Assembly: GCA_027943385.1 (NCBI GenBank)
Contig: BQMA01000058.1
Coordinates: forward strand, 62,001 to 116,538
Reading direction: 5' to 3'
Source of the DNA: Closterium sp. NIES-68
Lineage: Eukaryota
DNA: 54,538 nucleotides
In this document: one piece after another, positions 35,601 through 46,300 of the stretch
Position numbering within the stretch: the stretch's first letter is position 1
How the letters are laid out: each line of letters opens with the position of its first letter
Program-made: the position numbers and the translations under genes
Notes under the pieces: model-generated
The model's input: the letters and a program-made list of their open reading frames with translations, nothing else
Told to the model about the DNA's origin: nothing
Databases searched by the model: none

Positions 35601-38462
35601 CACCCTCCCCCTGTCACTCCCCACCCTCCCCTCCCCACCCTCCCCTCCCCACCCTCCCTCCCCACCCTCCCCTCCCCACCCTCCCCCCTGTCACTCCCCA
35701 CCCTCCCTCCCCTCCCCGTCACTCCTCTCCCCCCCTCCCCATCCTCTCTCCACACTATATCTTCCAGAGCCGGCGAGCGCCGGCATTTGAAGCTGCAGAA
35801 GGTGAAAGCGGAGAAAGTCACTCGTTCAACCTGCCCTCCCTTCCTTTTGCCCCACCCTCCTCCCTTTCCATCCCCCTTCCAGCGCGGGCGAGCGCCTGCT
35901 GTTCTCCCAGAAGAAGCTGGAGAAGATGAAGGCGGAGAAGGACGCTCTTCCCACCACCTCCTCCCCGCCCAACCCCCCACACCCCCACACCACACCCCAT
36001 CCCCCCAACCCCTGTACACCCCCCCCCTCCTCTCCCCCCTTGGGCCTCCAGCGCGGGCGAGCGCCTGCAGTTCTCTCAGGAGAAGCTGCAGAAGATGAAG
36101 GCGGAGAAGGACGCTCTGCATGCAAAGGGGAAACCCCAGCTGGTGGGTCTCTTACGCTCTGGGTTCAGGGTTTCAGATGAGGGCTGCTAAGGGTTCGGGT
36201 ACGAGGTTTCAGATGAGGGCTGCTAAGGGTTCGGGTACGAGGTTTCAGATGAGGGCTGCTAAGGGTTAGGGTACGTGGTTTCAGGGCTCAAGGACGTTCC
36301 AGCCAGTGGGTGAATGATGTTTAGCTTGAGGTTTAGCCACTACTTCTGCCATTTCCTTCCCTTATTTGTCACTTCCCCTTCAGAGAAAGCTGAATGCTTT
36401 TGAGCAAAAACTTAGCTTTGATTACTGTCCTTCCTTTAGTGGCTACATGCTCTGTGCTGCACTCTTGCCCTGTAAAATCCCGACGTGTCCTAGCTACCAC
36501 TCATCCCCGTCGTGTCCTCGCCACCACTCATTCTCTCCCGCGTTCATTTCCCCTGTTCCCCGTCCCTCTCCTCTCTGCTGCTGGACAGGCCGCAGCTCTC
36601 GCCAGGCCGCTGCAAGCCATAGAGCAGATGCACAAGGTGGGTGGGTGGGTGGATTGGTGGGTGGGTCGGTGGGTCGGTGGGTGGGTCGGTGGGTGGGCCG
36701 GTGGGTGGGTCGGTGGGTGGGTCGGTGGGTGGGTCGGCGGGTGGGTCGGTGGGTGGTATCTCCCCAAGAATCGAAACCAGAACCGAGTTAGCGAGGTCCA
36801 GTCAGTCATGGCCGAGGCGGAAGCCCAGGAAGCGGCTCTGCAGAAGCCTCAGCTGTTGTATTCCCATGCTCTCGTCTCTTATCCCCCTTCTCTCTTCAAT
36901 CAACCTTCAGACCCGTGCAGGCGAGGTCCAGTCAGTCATGGCCGAGGCGGAAGCCCTGGAAGCGGCTCTGCAGAAGCCTCAGCTGCGGTCGGCTGTGGCG
37001 CTGCTGCCGCCCATGCCGTCAGTCAACGACTTCCTGCAGCAGATCGGGGTCACTCTGCACCAGGTACAACCAGGGAAGTGGTCACCCTGCACCAGGTGTG
37101 TTCTGAGCTCCCTCATAAGCAGGTGGACAGCAGATAGGGGTCACCCTGCACCAGGTACAACAACCAGGGGAGGGGTCACCCTGCACCAGGTACAACAACC
37201 AGGGGAGGGGTCACCCTGCAGCAGGTACGATTGTGAATACAGTGAGATATCGCCACGAGGGGCATACATTGAAAGCCCCAGCTGTGCACTCAGCAGTGGC
37301 GCTGCTGCCGCTGATGCCACTGTCAGTCAACAGCTTCCTGCAGCAGATAGGAGTCTCCCTGCGCCAGGCGTGTTGTGTATGAGGGAGGGGTCACTCTCCA
37401 CCAGGTGCGTGTGGGAACATGGTGTCTCATTTCCACGTGAGGCATATTGATAGGCCCTTCCAGGCAGTCAGCCGCCCATGCCCTCAGTCAGTGACTTCCT
37501 TCAGCAGAGAGGAGTCATTTTCCACCAAATGCGTGTGGGGAAGGCCTGATCTTGCATCAGGTTTTACTGGGGAAGGTCCTGTCTTGCAAGCTGGTGCTGC
37601 CGACTTTGCTGCTGCTTCTGCTGCTCTTCCCCTTCCCCCCACCTCTTCTCGGCCTCCTCATACCTCGGGTGTGTATCACGAGTATGCTGCTCCCATGCCC
37701 CTATTCTGCTCTCTTCCTCTCCCCCCCCACGCCTTCTCGGCCCCCTCCTCACACCTCAGGTGTGTATCAAGGGTATGCTGCCATACGAGGAGGTTTTAGT
37801 CAACTCGTCTGCTGCCACCCCTGCCTCTGCTGCGCTCATGCCCCTAATCTGCTCTCTTCCCCTCCCCTCCCCCCTCCCCTTGCCCCCTGTCCCCTTTCAC
37901 TTCAGGTACATCAAGATTATGCGGCCATCCAAGCAGGTGCTGCCAACATGGCTGCTGCCGCCGCCACCGCCACCGCTGCTGCTGCTGTTCCAACCCGCAT
38001 ACTCTGCCACCCCCCCTCCTCCCCCGCCTCCTCTCGCTCCCCCCCCTCGCCCCTCAGGTGCATCATGAGTATGCGGCCATCCAAGCAGGTGCTGCCAACT
38101 CGGCTGCTGCAGCAGCTGCTGCTGTTGCTGCTGCCGCCACAACGGCACTTGCAACTGCTGCTCCACCTGCCACTGCCACTGGCAAGAAGCAGGGAGCAGG
38201 GAGGAAAGGAGGCATGGGCGGCGCTGCTGCTGCTGCTGCTACTACCGTCCCTGCTGCTACCCCTGCTCCTGCTCCTCCTCCTGCCGCTGCTGCTGCTGTT
38301 CCTGTGCCTGCTCCTGCCCCTGTTGCCATGCCAGCTGCACCAGCAGCAGCAGCTCCAATGGAGGCAGTAGCAGCAGCACCCAAGCCAGCATGGGGCGTGC
38401 AGTCTGCTTGGGGGGGTTCAGGCTTTGGTGGCGTGATCGGGATGATGGGGATGACTGGATGA
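29629..38462 (+). CDS. multi-exon hypothetical Ala/Gln-rich coiled-coil protein with N-terminal NPFDLL motif
   Basis: Exons traced by GT-AG and phase: 29629-30486, 30791-30877, 31452-31655, 31967-32056, 32599-32723, 33044-33661, ~34094-34325, ~35000-35108, ~36051-36142, ~36589-36636, ~36912-37062, 38058-38462. Needs +1 A at the A-run 33389-33393. Confidence 0.75.
32337..32410. repeat. 10-bp repeat (gggaatgcaa)x7
   Basis: Read directly, intronic. Confidence 0.92.
33868..34057. repeat. 10-bp repeat (ctctcccctt)n
   Basis: Read directly, just upstream of a splice acceptor. Confidence 0.95.
34601..34940. repeat. 13-bp repeat (gggctgtcgcaat)n
   Basis: Read directly, intronic. Confidence 0.95.
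36637..36756. repeat. 12-bp G-rich repeat (gggtgggtcggt)n
   Basis: Read directly, starts at a splice donor. Confidence 0.9.
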
Positions 38463-38799
38463 GGGATCGAGGGGATGGGGGAAGGATGGGATGAGGGGTC
38501 AATTGGCTAACACAGTCTGCTTTTGGGGGTTCAGGGTTTGGTGGCGTGATTGGGATGAGGAGATAATGTGGTATAGGGATGATGCGACAAGGGATGATGG
38601 GATGAGGGGGATGAGGATGATGGGTTGATGGGTTTAACGTTCAAGGGGGATGCTGGGGGTACTGGACAAAGGAGGGATGGTGGGATGTAAGGGATGCTGG
38701 ATGCGAGAGGTAATTATTGGGAAGGGAAGGGGGGTTGGCTGTTGAGTCCACTCAAAGGGCGGGGGTTTGCTTTATGGGAAAGCAGACAGGTGGTTGTGG

Positions 38800-39620
38800 A
38801 AGGAGATTACTCGAAGCTCGAAGGGCAAGTAATGGTCTGGGCAAATGGAGATGGGCCTGTAACTAATATATTGCAAGATGCTTCTGACTTTGAAACATTG
38901 CAGGCATTCTTCTTGAACCAGAGTTGGGCGTGCAGTGACGGGGTTTTCATCCTGCTTCCTACATGGCATGGTATGGTGAGCACTTTTTGTATGAGACGAT
39001 TGAGCATAATCACAAGGTTATTGTGATCTCCCGATAATTAAGCATGACCAGCTCTGTTGGTGTAGACGTGGCGTTGGCAAGAGCAAATCTCCTAGTTGTG
39101 GCAGTGGCGCAAATCTACGCATCGACACGCGATGTTGGCACAGCTTCCACAAGCATTCCGCACAAGCCTTTGGCGAAACCTTGGCGGAGGGTTACCTTTG
39201 GATGTCGCACAAGCCTTTTTGCGAAGTGATGCGTAGCTCGCGAATCCAGAAAGTGAACCGAGGTTCGACAGACCTTGCTTCATGCTCCCCGTGCCGAATG
39301 TATCGAACCTCTTCGTCACGTCATCGTGAAGGTTTGGGAGACGTTATAGTGCGTTGTGATGAGTTATAGCCTGTTGAAATGAAACATTGCGAGGTTTCAC
39401 GAAAATCCTGACGAAAGGGGCAGCATGTTATCGAGATATCTCCCTGCGCCTTGCTGACGCGGTGCGGGTGATGCTGACTCTGCGACGGCAGAAAGCCGCA
39501 GACGGGAAGTCGCCGAGGAAGTGGTCAGAAGCAACTGTCGCATGTGCCATCCTCCCCACTGAGAGAGACACCTGCCCCGCAAGCAATGGGCCTGAGTTAT
39601 CTCTAATACGGTGAAATGAG
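38800..39620 (-). pseudogene. possible heavily decayed non-LTR (CRE-like) reverse transcriptase remnant
   Basis: Ordered weak motif traces across frames: LRPIACG, QDFRE, SKGNPPP, NVSKSEA; many stops. Confidence 0.3.
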
Positions 39621-40330
39621 GTTCTTTGCGATATAGAACTTTTCGTCAAACATCTAGTATGGTTGGGCAGGGTTTCAACGGAAAACGAATTCTTGTGACG
39701 CGCGCGCAACTTCGTCATACCCCCTGCTACAGGATGAAATAAATCTACAGCCTCTACAATATATCACTGTCAGAGCTCTCCCACGCATTCTGCTCTCATG
39801 TGCCATGAGCAGCTCAGGAAGTTCTTGCGGCTCCTTCTCGCCACGGATTCTTGCCGTGCTCGCTTCGCCCCGCTCTTAGTTGTACACAAGCGAACAACTC
39901 GTTCGCCACGCCGCGTTCCTCCCCGACAAGATGAATCTCTCCCTCCTAAGCTTCTTGGCAAAGCGTGTCCCTTTTACTGCTCTTACTCGACAGCGTCGCG
40001 TCGCGCCGCGTCGCATTCGTTTCGCCTCCGTTTTAGTAGGTCCCTCAGTCACTATGAACTACTACCGCATAAAACAAAAAAATCCTATTTATTTTAGGAA
40101 AATATCCAGCCACTGAAGTGCCTGAAACTAGACAAGACAGAATCAAATCCTGGGGAGCACGCCACCTCTTGAAACCCCTCTCGTTAGAAGCACGTCACGT
40201 TCCCTGCTCGAGCAACCGAAAGATTTTGAAAGTAGTAGTAGTAGTAATAGTTGGTTATTTTTTTCATTCTTCCGGGAAGTTAAACGCAGCCGGGATATCA
40301 TTGGCGGAGCCTTGCGCGGTAGCCGCCGTA

Positions 40331-43300
40331 ATGGATCGTGATCGCGATCGCGCAAGCCGCCGCCGTCAGCTTGGCGCGCTGTTCCTGCTGACGAGCCTCG
40401 CGGCGGCGTTAACGGGTGTGGGCTGTGTGAATCTCGCCAACTCCCAAGGTCCGTTACTATTGCGTCGCCTGTCAGCCGGTTTTTTCAGTCGACTCATGCT
40501 AGGCTAGTAGGGAGTTGGCGAAGCACCCTTCTCCTTCCCTGCTCCGCCAACAAACTTTAACTCTCTAGCATGAGAGCTGCGATAAATGAACCGATTTTCG
40601 AAAGAGAATAGACGAAGCACCCTTGTCCCTCCCTGCTCCACCTCCCGCTCCTCCCCTCCCGGCCCTCCTGGCCCTCACAATCCCGCCTGGCCCTCACAAT
40701 CCCGCCTGGCCCTCACAATCCCGCCTGGCCCTCACAATCCCGCCTGGCCCTCACAATCCCGCCTGGCCCTCACAATCCCGCCTGGCCCTCACAATCCCGC
40801 CTGGCCCTCACAATCCCTCCTGGCCCTCACAATCCCGCCTGGCCCTCACAATCCCGCCTGGCCCTCACAATCCCGCCTGGCCCTCACAATCCCGCCTGGC
40901 CCTCACAATCCCTCCTGGCCCTCACAATCCCGCCTGGCCCTCACAATCCCGCCTGGCCCTCACAATCCCGCCTGGCCCTCACAATCCCGCCTGGCCCTCA
41001 CAATCCCGCCTGGCCCTCACAATCCCTCCTGGCCCTCACAATCCCTCCTGGCCCTCACAATCCCGCCTGGCCCTCACAATCCCGCCTGGCCCTCACAATC
41101 CCGCCTGGCCCTCACAATCCCGCCTGGCCCTCACAATCCCTCCTGGCCCTCACAATCCCTCCTGGCCCTCACAATCCCTCCTGGCCCTCACAATCCCTCC
41201 CGGCCCTTCCCGCCCCTCTGCCCCCAGTGCGCGCTCTTATGGAGTGCCAGCAGGTGCGGGGGCGGAGGTTTCGCGGGTGGAGGGGCGTTCTGGGTGGACT
41301 GGAAATCATAAAAAGAAGCCTCTCCGGGATCTTTCTGCTCTTTCTGCTCTTCCTGCTCTTCCTGCTCTTCCTGCTCTTCCTGTTCTTCCTGCTCTTCCTG
41401 CTCTTCCTGCTCTTCCTGCTCTTCCTGCTCTTCCAGCTCTTCCTGCTCTTCCTGCCCTTCCCGCCCCTCTGCCTCCAGCGCGCGCTCTTATGGTGTGCCA
41501 GCAGGTGTGGGGGCGGAGGTTTCGCGGGTGGCGGGTTGGGGGGGACTGCACCGATGCAGCTTACATCAGCTGCAACGCGCAAGGCATGGTGACCAGCATG
41601 TGAGTGCAAGTGAACACCACTTGGGTGCCATAGGTCTTTACGTGGCAGCTTACATCAGCTGCAACGCGCAAGGCATGGTGACCAGCATGTGAGTGGGGAT
41701 GGGCAGTTTTGAGCCGACTCAAGAGCGTGTTTTGAGTCGACCGAAACATAGTGTGCTTTGTGTTTTGGGGCATATGGCGTCCTTACTTCCCAATCGCTTG
41801 GTTTTTTTAAGATTTGTAAAAAAACATATCCTTCCTTGGTTGGAGTCCATACTTATATTTTTGCTGTTTTTTAGGTGGTTTTTTATAATTCTCAAAAATC
41901 ACCTAAGAAAGAGTCGAATCAAAAGGACAACTATGTCCTTCATTGGAGTCCGTACTTCTATTTTTGAGTCGCGTAAAAAATTCCTCATCCATGGCGTCCG
42001 TACTTCCTTCCCCCAGGGATATTCAGCAGAGTGAGTTAGCCGGGCCCATTCCAACAACGATTGGCCAACTGAGCGGCCTAAAATACCTGTGAGTACTTTG
42101 ACGACGATTATCCCATTGCATGCACACCATGCCATGCCATGCCATGCCATTCCATGCCATGCAATGCATTGCATGCGATTTGACCATATCTTTGAGGCAC
42201 CTCAAAAGTCGCCCGTATCAATCCGTGTCACCTCAAGGGCCCATCAGAAGTCACCTCAAGGGCCCATCAGAAGTCACCTCAAGGGCCCATCGGAGGTCAC
42301 CTCAAGGGCCCATCGGAAGTCACCTCAAGGGCCCATCAGAAGTCACCTCAAGGGCCCATCAGAAGTCACCTCAAGGGCCCATCAGAAGTCACCTCAGGGG
42401 CCCATCAGAAGTCACCTCAAGGGCCCATCAGAAGTCACCTCAAGGGCCCATCAGAAGTCACCTCAAGGGCCCATCAGAAGTCACCTCAAGGGCCCATCAG
42501 AAGTCACCTCAAGGGCCCATCAGGGATCTGAGTGACCGGATGCATCATTGCATGCGGCCCATATGGATCCGTTTTTTATTCCGTTACATTGCGTATGCTC
42601 GTCTTGACTTAATTCGCTGGCCCATCAGGGATCTGAGTGAGAACAACTTGACCGGGCCAATTCCGCGGGCCATTGGGCAACTGAGAAACCTGGAGCTGCT
42701 GTGAGTGCATTAGATTTCCACTGTGTTTGAGTCGACGGAGACCACATCCATCCGTGGCGAGGCTGCTTCAGGGTGACTGGGCCCAGTCGCACAACTTTTG
42801 CGGCCCTCAAAAGCCCAGTCGCACGACTTGACGCGGCCCATTCCTCCTGCCATTGGGCGACTCAGAAGCCTGGATCTGCTGTGAGTCGTAGTGCTGACTC
42901 ATAAACTGCTTACTTCGGCCTTGGCTGGGTTTGGGTCCGTTCTCTTCATAACCTTTCGGGCAGCACGCACACTGCTGAGTGTTTTGGCATTATCTCTCCC
43001 TTCAAACGTTTTCTTACCATCGGTCGTTTCCTTACTATCTGTCGATTCCTTACCGCTGTATGGCGGTCCCCCAGAACCCTTTGGAAGAACAATCTAAGCG
43101 GCACCATACCAGTAGCAGTGACCGGGCTTCAGAGGCTGAGCTACCTGTGAGTATCCTGATTGGTTCTTCGTTTCCTGTGCTTCGCACTTTAGGTAAATCA
43201 CCTTTTCCTGTGCTTCGCACTTTAGGTAAATCACCTTTTCCTGTTTAGGTAAATCGCCTTTTTCCGTGCTTCTTTTGTAACATTCCCCTTGCTTCCAACC

Positions 43301-46300
43301 CCCTCATTATGGTTTTACTTATATCCATTTTTGTATTCCAGTTCCAGTGTTCCCGTGCTAATTTTTCATATCTTCTTGCGACATCTCCCCTTTGTAAATC
43401 TCTTCCCTGGCCCCATTGGTTCCACCCTCGACCAATATGCAGATTCTGATAATTTGCTGTAATAATTTGTAACCCATAAGCAAATTCTGATAATTCCCAA
43501 CCCTGCCTCAGGGACCTAAGTGAGAACAAATTAACCGGGCCCATCCCATGGGCTATCGGCAGCATGAGCAGCCTGCAATTCCTGTCAGTGCCTGTCATGG
43601 ACATAGAGAACTGTGTGAGAACATCACTTTCAATTAGGGTTGAGCAACGGGTCGGGTCGGGTCGGGTTAGGCCAATGCTCAAGCCTGCTTGCACTTCCAA
43701 CTTTAATCGGCAGCATGACTTTACGAATGCATCGGCTATCGGCAACATGAGCAGCATGCAGTTCCTGTCAGTACCAAGGGAAACTAGGCTGAATTAGGTT
43801 TTTGAGAATTCTCAAAAACCTAAATGAGCAGCCTGCAGTTCCTGCGAGAGATTTTCGAGAATTTCCGAGAATTTTGAGAAGCCAAAAAAAATTCCTGCAG
43901 TTCCTGTCAGTGGCACGGAAAACTGAATTAAATGCTAAATCATTTTCTCTTGCTGGAAAGTGCATTTTCTGTCATCTCAACACAAGGCGGGCTTTTTGAG
44001 AGTTCTAAGAAATCTCTCACAATGACGTTGACAAGAGGTGGGCAGTGTGCTCTTGAGAATTCTAAGAAATCACCCGTATTCTCATGGCGACACTCTGTCG
44101 CTTGGCCGTGCCACTCAGCCACTCTGTCTCTCACTTGGAGAGAGCCGTGTGATAAGAATCTAGTTTTTTTTTACGTCTCAAAACTCTGCTTTTGAGGCGC
44201 CTCAAAAGCTGTCGCTCACTTGGAGAGGGGTCTGTATGATAAGAATCTAGTTTCGAGATGTCGCAAAACTCTGTTACAAACTTGGAACTGTGCCTCGGCC
44301 GTGCGTCATGATCCCCCCCGCCCCCCCCCCCATCGTTCGTTTGCTGTTGGATGGTCCCATGGTCTTCAGAACCCTCTGGCAGAATGAGATAACTGGCGGG
44401 ATACCAGCGACAATTGGCAAGCTCCTAGACCTCACCTATGTGTGAGTGTGGCCGTTCCTCCACCCGATAATAGGTGCTTGCCTAACCCACACAGCTGGAT
44501 GGTCTTCAGAACCCTGTGGCCGAGCAAGGTAATTGGCGGGATACCAGCAACAGTCGGCAAGCTCCTAGACCTCAGCCACGGGTGAGTGTGGCCGTTCCTC
44601 CTCCAGAGAACAGGGGCTTCTCTAACCCACACAGCTGGGTGGTCTGGTCAGAAGGTCAGAAGGTCAGAAGGTCAGAAGGTCAGAAGGTCAGAAGGTCAGA
44701 AGGTCAAAAGGTCAGAAGGTCAGAAGGTCAGAAGGTCAGAAGGTCAGAAGGTCAGAAGGTCAGAAGGTCAGAAGGTCAGAAGGTCAGAAGGTCAGAACCC
44801 TGAGGCAGAACAGAATAACTGGCGGGACACCGGCGACAATCAGCAAGCTCCAAGTTTTCATCACCATCACTTGCCAGCCTCTGGTTCCCCTCTTTCCATC
44901 TTTCCATCTTTCCATCTTTCCATCTTTCCATCTTTCCATTTTTCCATCTTTCCCTCTCTCCCTCTTTCCCTCTCTCCCTCTTTCCCTCTCTCCCTCTTTC
45001 CCTCTCTCCCTCTTTCCCTCTCTCCCTCTTTCCCTCTCTCCCTCTTTCCCTCTCTCCCTCTTTCCCTCTCTCCCTCTTTCCCTCTCTCCCTCTTTCCCTC
45101 TCTCCCTCTTTCCCTCTCTCCCTCTTTCCCTCTCTCCCTCTTTCCCTCTCTCCCTCGTTCCCTCTCTCCCTCGTTCCCTCTCCCTCGTTCCCTCTCTCCC
45201 TCGTTCCCTCTCTCCCTCTTTCCCTCTCTCCCTCTTTCCCTCTCTCCCTCGTTCCCTCTCTCCCTCGTTCCCTCTCTCCCTCGTTCCCTCTCTCCCTCTT
45301 TCCCTCTCTCCCTCTTTCCCTCTCTCCCTCTTTCCCTCTCTCCCTCTTTCCCTCTCTTTCTGATCCCTTTTCGTGGCCCCCAACCCAACCCTTTTGCCCG
45401 TCAGCGACCTGGGTGAGAACAGTTTAACCGGGCCCATTCCATCGACTATCGGCAGCATGAGCAGCCTGAAGTCTCTGTGAGTATTCGGAGTTCGCAGAGC
45501 TGCTTTGCCTCTACTATCCCCAGGCCCCAAGGCACTTTGGCACAGCAATCTAAGCGGCTGGTTACCAGCAAGCTGCCGTGGCTGCTGCTGTTGAGGTGCC
45601 TAAAAAATCCGTGTGTGTGGAGTCTATTTTTGAGGCGCCTCAGAAATAAACTACTATCCCCAGTCCCCAGGGCACTTTGGCACAGCAATCTAAGCGGCCG
45701 GATACCAGCAAGCTGCTGTGGCTAGCTACTGCTGGTGAATGTGTTTCCCAGTACATGTGTTTGCCTCTACTATCCTCCCCAGGGCACTTTGGCACAACAG
45801 GTTAAGTGGGTCGATACCAGCAACATTGGGCAGACTAGTAGACCTCAGCTATTTGTGAGCCCAGCTTACTGCAATAACTGGGACTTTTCGATTTCGGAAT
45901 GCACGTTGCATTTTCTGTGCTGCCTGGCCTCTGTTGAGAGTTCTCTAGATGCTTCAGATGTGTGAATCATGATGTGATGCTTCTCGTCAGCATCCTGCCC
46001 CCCCTCTCACCCACACCCCCCACCCCCTCCCCCCTTTCCTCGGCCCTTTCTTCAATCCCTCTAACCCCATGGTGTTCAACCACATGGCCAATCAGGGATT
46101 TAAGTGTGAACAACTTAAGCAGCTCCATTCCTTCTACTATTGGCGGCATGAGCAGCTTGAAGTTCCTGTCCGTATCATGGGCCATGACATGGCCAGTACT
46201 TCTTGAGTACCTCACTCACTTGAGTAGGTGGCAAGCGGCAGTGCTTCCTTCACCTGATGAAGCCACGTGTACTTTTCATTAAATTTGTTACACGGTGTAC

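Noticed and set aside
33717..35929. Repetitive ORFs (SPSLPF, ATAHCDSPLRQP, poly-Pro)
   Set aside because: Intronic minisatellite translations.
40586..41603. 241 and 326 aa repeat proteins
   Set aside because: 19-bp and 9-bp intronic repeats; only 41479-41599 is a real exon.
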